Assembly: GCA_024276825.1 (NCBI GenBank)
Contig: JAJRWI010000033.1
Coordinates: 1 to 64,000 of the forward strand
DNA: 64,000 bases
Direction of reading: 5' to 3'
From: an archaeon
GTDB taxonomy: Archaea > Asgardarchaeota > Thorarchaeia > Thorarchaeales > Thorarchaeaceae
Both the position numbers and the translations under genes were made by a program. A model generated the notes under the pieces. That model worked only from the letters and a program-made list of their open reading frames with translations, searched no databases and had not been told where the DNA came from. Positions 49,947 through 59,359 of this stretch are shown one piece after another (positions within the stretch are counted from its first letter, which is position 1; every line of letters begins with the position of its first letter).

Positions 49947-51296
49947 TCACACCACCGGCCGACCGCGGCCGGACCAGACTACCTCCATTTTGTATTGTAT
50001 TCCTTTATTGGTCTTGTTTTGGCGCTCAACAGGACGTGTTAGATGTCTCTGAGCTGAAAGGACAGGCAAGTATCGCCCGGGCCTTATATCACGCTCTCTC
50101 AATACACGAGTCTTTTTGGCATTGGGATCTTTATGTCCGCAGCGCACGCACTTGAAACCTTTCCCAAGACCAGCACTCTTCATTCGTTTGCCACATTTTG
50201 AACAAACTGGGTTCATATCATCATAGACCTCCGCAATTTTAATTATCTCAAGGCCTTCAACATTCAGTGTCAGCCCATGAGTGCGTGATGCAGGTCTCAC
50301 GCCAGCATCGATAATCACAATGTCGTCCTTGCAAAGTTTTTGGACAACATGACGGAATGAGCCAGTGGGCTCGTATGCCGCACAGTCGATGGTCCCAGTC
50401 GTATCACTGATGGAGAAGAACACATGCCCCCCTTCAGTCATTCTTGGGGCTGAATGAACCGCACCCTTCACGCGGGCCGACATATATGGTCTGAGGTCTT
50501 TGACCATAATGTGATGTGTCAAGTGCTGATCTGTGCCTTGATTTGTCCTGAATACTGTCCAACGGTCAATCTTCTGATGGGCCCTCACAAGTGATGCTGC
50601 TTTTATCACATCCTCTGCATTCTCACCGCGGATACCAAACAGTACAGGATCTGGACCGTGAGGCTCAATCAGTATATGTCCGTTTTCGGGGTCGATATTA
50701 GAGAACAGTAGTTCGGAGAACTTTCTGTCCATCTCAATGACAGATGTCGGATCAACACCGCGTTCCTCGTCGCATTCATCGGGATGACGGTAGGCCAGAA
50801 ACTCGAATGTGTAGTCGCCCTTCAGCATGTTGCCCACAGAGGAGAGTGCGCCGATGAGCCCACGTTCATTGCCAGAAGCCATGGACCAGATCCCAAATCT
50901 CTTGATCAACCGCCTTGCAATAGAGATTGTCATTGCACGCCATAATGTGTGCATAGAGAAATCGACAATCGCTGGTGGCAAACTATCAGTCAGAACAACA
51001 ATTCCCGGGTTGGTGTTTGGATAGTCATGCTGGACATATAGATGCAGCTGATGTTCCAAGAGTTCATCGATATGTTCAATGTTCTCACATCTTGTCTTGA
51101 AGCGTAGTGCGACAGCACCATTCCCACGAGTCCTGTAGGGTATATTCGGATTCAGACGTATTAGATTCGGAAAGTCCAGCCATTCAACATCAAGGTGAGA
51201 TAGCTCTTCAATAAGAATAGATGCAAAGTGTGTTGTGCAGCTCCCACGCGGACTGTCTATGTCATCCATTCCAATATGAACAATCGTATCGCTCAT
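49947..51296 (-). CDS. tiaS: tRNA(Ile2) agmatidine synthetase
   Basis: IGMDDIDS..GSCTTH, RLNPNIPYRTRGNGA, OB fold, zinc ribbon, RHLTRP. Confidence 0.93.
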   Translation of the reverse strand: MSDTIVHIGMDDIDSPRGSCTTHFASILIEELSHLDVEWLDFPNLIRLNPNIPYRTRGNGAVALRFKTRCENIEHIDELLEHQLHLYVQHDYPNTNPGIVVLTDSLPPAIVDFSMHTLWRAMTISIARRLIKRFGIWSMASGNERGLIGALSSVGNMLKGDYTFEFLAYRHPDECDEERGVDPTSVIEMDRKFSELLFSNIDPENGHILIEPHGPDPVLFGIRGENAEDVIKAASLVRAHQKIDRWTVFRTNQGTDQHLTHHIMVKDLRPYMSARVKGAVHSAPRMTEGGHVFFSISDTTGTIDCAAYEPTGSFRHVVQKLCKDDIVIIDAGVRPASRTHGLTLNVEGLEIIKIAEVYDDMNPVCSKCGKRMKSAGLGKGFKCVRCGHKDPNAKKTRVLRERDIRPGRYLPVLSAQRHLTRPVERQNKTNKGIQYKMEVVWSGRGRPVV

Positions 51297-51562
51297 AATA
51301 ATCCAGTCCTGCATTCATCGCATAGGGTTGCTGCATTAACTCGTGTGCCATGGTCTTCACAGACCAGACGCCCGCAGCGATCACAGGCGCGTGAGGACAA
51401 GAACTCGCCACATATCTGGCATTTTGCCTCCACGCATGACAAACAGAGACCATCTTCATTGAAACAGTCATCACAAATATGCGAGCCGCACATTCTACAC
51501 GCATGCAGCTGTCCTTGTGATGCACCGCATAGTTCACATTTGTCATGATCTCTGTCATTCAT
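51293..51562 (-). CDS. Small multi-zinc-finger protein
   Basis: Repeated CxxC motifs; stop overlaps the tiaS start. Confidence 0.7.
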   Translation of the reverse strand: MNDRDHDKCELCGASQGQLHACRMCGSHICDDCFNEDGLCLSCVEAKCQICGEFLSSRACDRCGRLVCEDHGTRVNAATLCDECRTGLL

Positions 51563-51623
51563 GATTGTATCAATCCAGAGAGCATGACAAAGCTGAAATC
51601 TGTCTTTTGGTTGCTCTTAATCA

Positions 51624-52163
51624 ATGCCAGTCATAAAAACAGACAGACCTCGCATCATAATCTTTCATGCCTCTCAGTGTGATCCAAAGAAATGTACAGG
51701 CATAAGGCTTCAGAGAATGCATAGAGCCACCATCATTAAGGATTTCAGACGAGTCCCAAGGAGGGCGGTGGTGCTTAACCCAATATCGCGTCATGCCCTG
51801 TCGCCGCTAGACCGAGAGCATGCCCTGCGTTCAGGTCTCGTCGCACTTGACTGCTCGTGGAAGCTTGCAGAGGGCCTCTTTAGATCGACAAGGTCTGGCG
51901 AACAACGTGCACTCCCCTATTTGCTGGCAGCCAATCCCATCAACACCTACAAGCCAATCAAACTCTCAACCGCAGAAGCAATTGCCGCGGCACTGTATAT
52001 CATGGGGTTTCCAGACGATGCAGAAGACATCATGTCAGTCTTCAAATGGGGCCCCTCTTTTATCACCCTGAACAGGGAGTGGCTGAATTCATATGCCGCC
52101 TGCTCTTCAAGCACCGAGGTCGTTCAAGTTCAGGATGAGATTATGAAGGAGCATCAGAGCTGA
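51624..52163 (+). CDS. tsr3: rRNA aminocarboxypropyltransferase Tsr3
   Basis: QCDPKKCTG, LDCSW, RALPYLLAANPIN, LSTAEA, FKWG. Confidence 0.93.
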   Translation: MPVIKTDRPRIIIFHASQCDPKKCTGIRLQRMHRATIIKDFRRVPRRAVVLNPISRHALSPLDREHALRSGLVALDCSWKLAEGLFRSTRSGEQRALPYLLAANPINTYKPIKLSTAEAIAAALYIMGFPDDAEDIMSVFKWGPSFITLNREWLNSYAACSSSTEVVQVQDEIMKEHQS

Positions 52164-52180
52164 TTGCATAACAAGAAGTA

Positions 52181-52526
52181 GCCCTGGTGCAGGGAGTAGC
52201 CCCAATTTTGTTCGGTCATCCCCCGTCACCAGGAGATGACTTTACGACATCAGACTATGCCCCCTACCCTCCACCTCGGGCCGACACTTCATTGGTGGAT
52301 TCTTGGGGTTGCTACCCGGTGATGGACCGTTTCAACCCGGCCAGACCACTACTCAGCAGCTTGAGTGCTGCATCATCGCTTGGCATGATCTGGAGGTGTC
52401 GTTTCTGTTTCCAGAGCAAGGCTCTCACCTTCCTGCTCTCGCAGGACCGGCGTCGGCATGTAGTTGGGAGCTTCCTCAGCTCCAGTCGAGTGACCGGTAC
52501 CGTCAGTCGTGCTCCTGCTCCAGGGC
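52181..52526 (-). ncRNA. rnpB: Archaeal RNase P RNA
   Basis: Minus strand shows the P1 helix GCCCTGGAGCAGG/CCTGCACCAGGGC, GAGGAAGCTCC, ACAGAAAC, GTTGAAACGG and GAACAAAATTGGGGCTAC conserved regions; lies downstream of cbf5. Confidence 0.88.
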
Positions 52527-52579
52527 CATTAAAGAGTAAGCAAGAACCATTAAGAACTTCTCGATGTGGCGTGGCAGAG

Positions 52580-53611
52580 TTATTTTTCCTTTTTCTTCCA
52601 CATCGGTGGATAACGCCCTCGTTCCATGAAGACTCGTTCTGTCTTTGCAATGATTCCACTAGATATCTTTGCAATACGTTCACTTGTTTCCAAGGCCTTA
52701 GCGACCGCTATGGCCTCACCCTTTAGTGTCTTTATCACGACCAAGTCGTTCTTCTTTATCCCACTGCTTAAACTCACAACGCCATTAGCAGCCAAGTCAG
52801 CACCATGGCATATCGCATCGACCGCACTGTCACGAACATTGAGTTCCGGCAGGTGTTGGAGGGCAAATTCGATGGGTAGGAGATACTTCCGGAGCTCGGA
52901 CTCATCACCATCTTCTTTCCAGAAGTGATAGGCATCCTTCAGATCATAGAGAGAACATAGATAGTTGTTATCCTCCTTGAAGGGACCAACTCTGGTCCTC
53001 CTGAGTTCCCTCATGTTACCCCCAACACCAACTGCCTCACCAACATCGAAGCAGAGTTTCCGGATGTATGTCCCTGCTTGGCACCCCACACGAAACAGAA
53101 CAAGACGACCCTTAATCTCGAGTATGTCAATGTAGTAGATGGTCCTGACCCTGAGAACTCGTTTCACTGAGGACCTCAATGGGGGTCGCTGGTATATCTT
53201 GCCCACAAACTCAAACATCACCTCTCTTATCGTGTCCTCATTGACCCGTTCATGCAGCTCGAGAACGCAGACATATTCTTTTCCTGCAGGGAGTAATGCC
53301 TGCATCACCTTTGTGGCATTCTCAATCCCCATGGGTAGTACTCCAGTGACCCCAGGATCTAGTGTGCCCCCATGCCCCACACGTTTTGTGCCAAGAATTC
53401 TCCTGACCCAGGTAGCTACCTCATGGCTTGTCGGACCAGCAGGCTTGTCAAGGCAGAGGACAGAGTTCTTCATCAGATATTCTATGGGAAGATTGCTCAA
53501 ATCGCTGAAGCCAAATTCGGGATTAGTAGTATCATGTGTTCTTATGATTAGTTCTCTGGGTCTGTCCGAGGGGAGAATGGAAGGCACTGTGATCCCCCAT
53601 CTGTGATTCAC
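52580..53611 (-). CDS. cbf5: H/ACA pseudouridine synthase Cbf5/TruB
   Basis: DKPAGPTSHEV, GHGGTLDP, QRPPLRSSVKR; PUA domain. Confidence 0.95.
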   Translation of the reverse strand: MNHRWGITVPSILPSDRPRELIIRTHDTTNPEFGFSDLSNLPIEYLMKNSVLCLDKPAGPTSHEVATWVRRILGTKRVGHGGTLDPGVTGVLPMGIENATKVMQALLPAGKEYVCVLELHERVNEDTIREVMFEFVGKIYQRPPLRSSVKRVLRVRTIYYIDILEIKGRLVLFRVGCQAGTYIRKLCFDVGEAVGVGGNMRELRRTRVGPFKEDNNYLCSLYDLKDAYHFWKEDGDESELRKYLLPIEFALQHLPELNVRDSAVDAICHGADLAANGVVSLSSGIKKNDLVVIKTLKGEAIAVAKALETSERIAKISSGIIAKTERVFMERGRYPPMWKKKEK

Positions 53612-53627
53612 AAGAGGAGACTGTTGC

Positions 53628-53909
53628 TCACTCGCTCAATCGAATCTTCGTCCTGAAGGTCTCTTCGAGGCCAGCCTCTTTGAGTGCCTTCTCCACAGAG
53701 TTGTCATCAGCGCCCTCTTTTATCGGGAGTGTTTTGTCAATGGGTTCAATATGACGAGTATTGACACGTCTTCGTCTGACACCACTGATATGCTTTGGGC
53801 CAGTGACGACAACGTACTTGCCATTCATCTTCTCTACAATAACACAGTAACTTCCAGCCTCTCGGCCCATGGTCTTAACACAGACTCTTCCAACTTCGAA
53901 TAATCTCAT
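53628..53909 (-). CDS. rpl14e: 50S ribosomal protein eL14
   Basis: EVGRVCVKTMGREAG, GVRRRRVN. Confidence 0.93.
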   Translation of the reverse strand: MRLFEVGRVCVKTMGREAGSYCVIVEKMNGKYVVVTGPKHISGVRRRRVNTRHIEPIDKTLPIKEGADDNSVEKALKEAGLEETFRTKIRLSE

Positions 53910-54046
53910 ATTTTTACACCTCAACTCAACCGCAGTCAAACTGAACCAGCAAGTCACCTCAATGGCTCATCCTTTGGTAGTGAGAATGAGGTGTTCTCAG
54001 GCACTTTCAATATAGATATTCCGATTGGACGAGAACTCTGCAAGTA

Positions 54047-54607
54047 TTATGAGTCTGGCACCTTCTGCTCAAAGAATGTTTCAAGGGCAATGATCACAAT
54101 CCGCACTACACCCTCAAGGTCAAAAAGTTCTGTATTAATGATGAGGTCATAGATTGTCAGATCAGTGATGTCAATGTCATAAAACCGCTTGTATCGCTCG
54201 CGTTCACTTGCTTCACGCACAGTGGTTTCACGAAGAGCGTCTTCATATTGCACATCATCGCGACCTGCTATTCTCATTACCCGGACCTCCATCGGCGCGA
54301 CCAGCAGTATCTTAAAGTCAGCATGCTCTCCCGCCATCCATGCTGAGAGTTGCCCGTCAATTACAACATTGCCCTTGCTAGCTTCAGTCCTGAGTCGCTC
54401 ATCCAGTTCTCTGTCAATCTCATCATTCTCCTGTGCAATCTTACTGAACTCCTCAAGGCTGTATCCGCGTTCTCTAGCAATAGCCCTAAAAATCATCCCT
54501 GCAGAAACCCTTCTTAGACCAAAGTGCTGGGCAATCCTGTCAGCTACGGAACTCTTGCCTGTGCCATGTAGTCCGCTGATTGTGACTGTGCGTGGCATAA
54601 TATTCAC
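54047..54607 (-). CDS. cmk: Cytidylate kinase
   Basis: TISGLHGTGKSS, SAGMIFR; conserved synteny. Confidence 0.9.
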   Translation of the reverse strand: MNIMPRTVTISGLHGTGKSSVADRIAQHFGLRRVSAGMIFRAIARERGYSLEEFSKIAQENDEIDRELDERLRTEASKGNVVIDGQLSAWMAGEHADFKILLVAPMEVRVMRIAGRDDVQYEDALRETTVREASERERYKRFYDIDITDLTIYDLIINTELFDLEGVVRIVIIALETFFEQKVPDS

Positions 54608-54691
54608 TCGTCAATAATTCCAACTTAAGAATTTAGTCATCAACCAATACTACTCAATCTACAGGTGAGCTGGGAAATGGCAGACTACAGT

Positions 54692-54961
54692 TTACAGTGC
54701 TCGGACCTTTCTGATGATACCACGCCTAACTGCTCTGGGACTAAGTTTTCCGCCATAGGGGCGATTAGGTCTCTTTGACGAACGGCTTGCCTTTCGATTC
54801 AGGCCATGCTTTGCCCTCTTGGGCAGGGATATCCTCGAGCCGGTTTCTGGACAGACACCTTCGGCCCGGTAATACTTCTGACGGTGCATAACAAGGCGTC
54901 CACCTGGGGTCTTCACTAGTCTGTTTGCTCTTCCTCTTGTCAGTTGTCCCGGTCGAGGCAT
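54692..54961 (-). CDS. rpl34e: 50S ribosomal protein eL34
   Basis: KTPGGRLV, KRPNRPYGG. Confidence 0.92.
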   Translation of the reverse strand: MPRPGQLTRGRANRLVKTPGGRLVMHRQKYYRAEGVCPETGSRISLPKRAKHGLNRKASRSSKRPNRPYGGKLSPRAVRRGIIRKVRAL

Positions 54962-55030
54962 TTACATCAACTCATCTCTATTGTTCTTACTGGACTCGGA
55001 ATGATTCTCTTTTAAGGAAAGCGGTAAGTG

Positions 55031-55603
55031 TCATGTCATTATCTGGACACCTTGTATCCTCTGAAGTATCTGACCAAGGCCAAGACCTACCAGAAAATAG
55101 AATGGCCAGAACCAGAGACCAAACCCACCAGACACAGGTACTCCTATGAAGCCCTCAAGGAAGGGGAGCAATTTGTGCACATTGAATGGGATTATGGCAA
55201 CAATAGTATCGCTGAGTCCCGTTGGAGACGATGGATTGACATATGTATAGAAGGTCCGCAACCATGAGAACACCAGCACAAATGGTATGAAGAAGAACAT
55301 CATTGGCTTGCAACGAGCGGTGAGCATCTCTCGCTGAATACGATCAATGTAGGGCTTTCGTCTCTTAACCTTTCTGAGGAGTTTCTCATTGCCTGTTTCG
55401 TTTGCCTTTTTCTGTAGTGCCTGAAACTGCTTGATTTCAACCTGATAACGGCGTAGTCTTCGTATGTCCGAGAATCGCTTCATAGCAAGATTGCTGATGC
55501 TAGATATCGTCAACGACACCAATACGACAAATACTGTTGCGCCAGGAGGCTGCTTGATTGCATCCATCAACCAGATAAAGAACAGTGTGACGATATCCTG
55601 CAT
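55031..55603 (-). CDS. EMC3/TMCO1 (DUF106, Oxa1-superfamily) membrane protein
   Basis: TM - coiled coil - KPM..TM - W..FY TM; sits between adk and L34e as in other archaea. Confidence 0.85.
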   Translation of the reverse strand: MQDIVTLFFIWLMDAIKQPPGATVFVVLVSLTISSISNLAMKRFSDIRRLRRYQVEIKQFQALQKKANETGNEKLLRKVKRRKPYIDRIQREMLTARCKPMMFFFIPFVLVFSWLRTFYTYVNPSSPTGLSDTIVAIIPFNVHKLLPFLEGFIGVPVSGGFGLWFWPFYFLVGLGLGQILQRIQGVQIMT

Positions 55604-55609
55604 GTTTTT

Positions 55610-56215
55610 TCACTCCATGATTGATTCAGCAAGTTGTGCTGCTGCCTCTTCTACTTTGCCCTCCCTGTTTAATATCCTTCGGACAGTGGCTCCTGTGAGG
55701 GTGCCAGCCGCAGCCGCAGCGGCCCGACACATCTCCTGATGAATTCTAATCTCGTCAGTCATTTGTTCGTCTCGTGCGCGGGTTTCATCGGATGCTCTTC
55801 TGCTCGCAATGTTCTCGGGATTTGCCTCAACAAGTATGATTGTCTTTGGCTGAATTGCCTTTACAACCCATTCAGGAAGACCTATCAGATAACCATTCTT
55901 TGTGAGGATGAGTGTATGAGTGTCAACAATTACACGAGTGCTCTTGCTCTTCTCAGCAATTGATTCTCCAGCAATCCTCTGGATCTCCCTCTGCTGTGCA
56001 GTAGGCATCTTTCGCATCTCATCACGGTCCTTCACAAGACCTCTTTTTGATGCCACCTCAAACATCTCGGTACCAAAGTTTAGGACCAGCACATCCTCGC
56101 CATGCCTCTCCTTGACTATCTCAACGGCGGTGTTGATCACAGTGGTCTTTCCAACTCCAGGGATTCCTGTGACAATGACTACATTTCTTGGCTCACTCAT
56201 TATGCCTGTCTCCAT
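55610..56215 (-). CDS. adkA: Archaeal adenylate kinase
   Basis: VTGIPGVGKTT, NFGTEM, DRDEMRK, DTH, GLP. Confidence 0.93.
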   Translation of the reverse strand: METGIMSEPRNVVIVTGIPGVGKTTVINTAVEIVKERHGEDVLVLNFGTEMFEVASKRGLVKDRDEMRKMPTAQQREIQRIAGESIAEKSKSTRVIVDTHTLILTKNGYLIGLPEWVVKAIQPKTIILVEANPENIASRRASDETRARDEQMTDEIRIHQEMCRAAAAAAGTLTGATVRRILNREGKVEEAAAQLAESIME

Positions 56216-56431
56216 GAAACTAACGAGATTTGTTCAATTCCATCCTGAGCGCTTTATATGTCATTCTGTTGAACCGACTTGCCATTGTGTGTAATCGTTC
56301 TCTCCAAATAGTGCCCCTGCATCGCTTTCTGTAAGATTGGCCAATAAACTCCTTCTGAATTACCTGGTCTAAACTCTAGACTAATGTAAAAATGTGGGAT
56401 ATGTTATTTTGATTGAGATGACCAAATACTA

Positions 56432-58245
56432 ATGACCCAGAAGACCAATCCCTCTGGCATGTCATATATAGGCAGATCGTGGTTGGAGTGCTCATCGCAT
56501 TGTTCATCGGATCTGCAATTATTCTTATCACTCCACAGAACTTCGTGTTTGGCTCCGTTTCAGAGGGTGACGAGGTATCGAGAACAACTGGCCATTCTCT
56601 CCATGACCTTGGACTTGCAGGAGATGATATTTTCACGCTCCTCGATACCTCGAACCTCACCTCCAGAGCTGGCTGGCTAACAAAAGTCACACTGGACAAT
56701 GATTATGGAGTAAATGCCATGCAAGAGATCAATGGGCTGAACATAGACGGTGCTGGAGCATGGATTAATCTCTATTATTACTTAAACATCAATGTTGAAG
56801 ACTATGACACACTCAACTTCACTCTGTCAGTAGAGTCTGTTCAGGACGAGTTCATTCTTGAAATGAACGCCTACTTTAGACTATTATGGTTGGGCTCCTT
56901 AAAGGCGGAGAACAGGACGAATATTGAACATGCTGGCCAACAAACACTCACCTTGAATGTATCTATGGACTGGCTTCGAAACAGCACCAGTAGTTGGATT
57001 ACTCAAGTGCGTTTTGAGATCTGGCTTCATCTAGAAACCTATTCTTCTCCGGTCATAAGACATGCTACTGCAACTGCATCATCTTCAAGACTCCTTTTCC
57101 CCCTCCTGATCGACTTTCAAGACCTCTCTGAGAACAGCATCTACGACCAACCCGAAACACGCTATCTCATAAGGGATCCCCTCATCAACATCACTAGTAT
57201 CTCTGGCAATGAAACAGGACTTCTCATACAGTGGACTAATAATGAACTGATATTCCTGCCTTCTGGAAACTATTCAATCAGCTATGGCTGGCTCAAGTTG
57301 CACATTTACAACTCCAAGACTCATATGAACTATACACATGTCGACTCTTTCGCATTGACTCTGGATGCAGCTGGGAGATTTATGGAAATACGCCCTCCAA
57401 TAACACGAATTGACCTCGATATCAATGAGGGCATTCTGTTCAGCATTTTCTTCGAAGATCCCTATTCTTCATCAATTGATTTCATCTATTACATCAACAA
57501 CTATGTGGCACATTCTAAATCAGCGTTCTATATCCCTGACATGTATGCCACAATACGGGTTGAGATCACACTCAAAATACCTCAATATCCCTCTCTCGCA
57601 AGGACTATTGATATTGATGAGTCCCATGACTTGATACTTCATTCTCGATTCCCTTATCACCCTGTCCTTGATCTTTTAGTTTCATTCCATGTGAGTCTTC
57701 GAAAGGCAATGAAACCATTCGCTCCAACAGGTTGGACTTGCAGAGAACGCCTTCTGCCAACATTATTGATGTTCATAAGCTACATACTTCCCTGGGCAGC
57801 CTCTGAACAGGTGGTTTCCAGCAACATTGGTGTGATCAATTTCTCGAGAATCTACTTCCTTCCCGCTGGTATTGAGATTCTGAAAAACGAACAAGGATCC
57901 GCTATTGCTTCTATTCTAGGTATCAGCAATCCATAGTCAGACTCGCCTCTCAACATCTGGGACATGTTCGGTCTGATTTCCGTTGTGGCAATGCTTTTTT
58001 GAATACCTATACTGATAATGCTTGTCAACCTGCTTAACGGCTCGTCAATTGACTCTGGACTGACAACGCTTCTCTCATTTGGAACTCCTGGAACAGCTGC
58101 TATTCTGACTGCAGTTTCCTTTGCAAGTTTCATTGTTCTCTATGGTGTGATACCTACAATCCTCTCATTTGCCATTGTCATCTGGAGGTCCTTGGCCCAG
58201 ACAAAGAAATTGAAGACTCTCCACAAGAAACTGAGCCGCAACTGA
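56432..58245 (+). pseudogene. Interrupted secreted/membrane protein gene
   Basis: ORFs 56479-57936 and 58018-58245 are in one frame, separated by TAG (57934) and TGA (58000) within continuous TM-like sequence. Probable frameshift near the 5' end. Confidence 0.6.
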
Positions 58246-58282
58246 GGTGCAATCATTTATGTCATTACACGCTATCAAGTAG

Positions 58283-58894
58283 TTGATGATGATGAACAAG
58301 ATTGACTTCAAGAAAACCCTCAAGGAACTCTATCTGCCTCCAAGGAGGCCCGTGCTCGTGGATGTTCCCGAGATGCAGTTCCTCATGATCGACGGTGCAG
58401 GACCGCCCGAGAATGAAGAGTACCAGTCCGCCATTCAGATTCTCTATGGGGTCTCATTTCCTATGAAGTTCAAGCTCAAAAAAGCTGGTGTTGTGGACTA
58501 TACGGTCCCCCCTCTTGAAGGCCTTTGGTGGGTTGAGGCCTCTGACACCTTTGACATCTCTCAGCGTGATGATTGGCGATGGACTGCAATGATAATGCAG
58601 CCAGAACAGGTCACACAAGACCTCGTCATTGAAACAATCGAGGAGGTCGAAGAGAAAAAGGGAATTGAGATTCAAAACCGCCTGCGACTGGAAACATTTC
58701 ATGAGGGGCGCTCAGCACAGATCATGCACATTGGCCCTTACAGTGCTGAAGGACCGACTATCCAGAAACTCCACGACTTCATTGAGGCTGAAGGTCTCTC
58801 ACCTAGGGGAAAACATCATGAGATATACCTCAGTGATCCTCGCCGTGCCGCTCCTGATAGACTTAAGACTGTGATTAGACAGCCAGTTTCATAG
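58283..58894 (+). CDS. GyrI-like small-molecule-binding domain protein
   Basis: DFKKTLKELY, VPPLEGLWW, HIGPYSAE, HHEIYLSDPRR. Confidence 0.88.
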   Translation: MMMMNKIDFKKTLKELYLPPRRPVLVDVPEMQFLMIDGAGPPENEEYQSAIQILYGVSFPMKFKLKKAGVVDYTVPPLEGLWWVEASDTFDISQRDDWRWTAMIMQPEQVTQDLVIETIEEVEEKKGIEIQNRLRLETFHEGRSAQIMHIGPYSAEGPTIQKLHDFIEAEGLSPRGKHHEIYLSDPRRAAPDRLKTVIRQPVS

Positions 58895-59075
58895 TTGGAT
58901 AGCAATCAAAAGAACATCTAATGATATACAGTAAAATTGAGGGGGGGTTAAATAGTCTCATCAGAGATCAAAGTCTGAAATGTGCCCAGTGCCATTCCTG
59001 GGTGGACGGGACTGAGATGTCCAAGAATGTCCAATTTACAATGAACGGCACAGACAATATGAAACCACCCTGTGT

Positions 59076-59306
59076 GAGCACGACGACCCCGCCGTGGTAG
59101 GAAATGCAGAAACCCCCATTGTGTCTGAATATAATGCGACCGGGACAACATAGGGAGAAGGAGGCCAGGTCCCTGTTCATGAGTACAAAGCCCCTGCGAA
59201 CACCGATGTTTCGGTGGGTGGTGACATCTGCAGGGGAAGGGCTGAACGCATGAGTCCTGTTCAGACGAGTTCATCAAGTGACAAGTCTGAACAAGATTAG
59301 GTTGTC
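59076..59306 (+). ncRNA. Stand-alone TnpB omega-RNA-like structured element, copy B
   Basis: Homologous to copy A and to the tnpB tail (GACCC(T/C)GCCGTGG, GAAGGA(A/G)GCCAGGTC). Stems CACCGA/TCGGTG and GGTG-GTGA-CATC. Confidence 0.7.
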
Positions 59307-59320
59307 GGAAAAATAAGAAT

Positions 59321-59346
59321 GAAGGAAGGCTCACAGCCTTTCCTTC
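59321..59346 (-). terminator. Hairpin downstream of actin
   Basis: GAAGGAAGGC-TCACA-GCCTTTCCTTC imperfect inverted repeat; T-rich beyond it on the minus strand. Confidence 0.5.
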
Positions 59347-59359
59347 TTGTTCTACTAGA

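Noticed and set aside
52187-52726. ORFs of 179, 78 and 123 aa between tsr3 and cbf5
   Set aside because: They overlap the RNase P RNA gene and are GC-rich shadow ORFs.
57934-58002. In-frame TAG and TGA as pyrrolysine/selenocysteine recoding
   Set aside because: They fall in a TM-like non-catalytic context, no SECIS-like element was recognised, and the 5' end also looks damaged. Pseudogenisation or sequence error is simpler.
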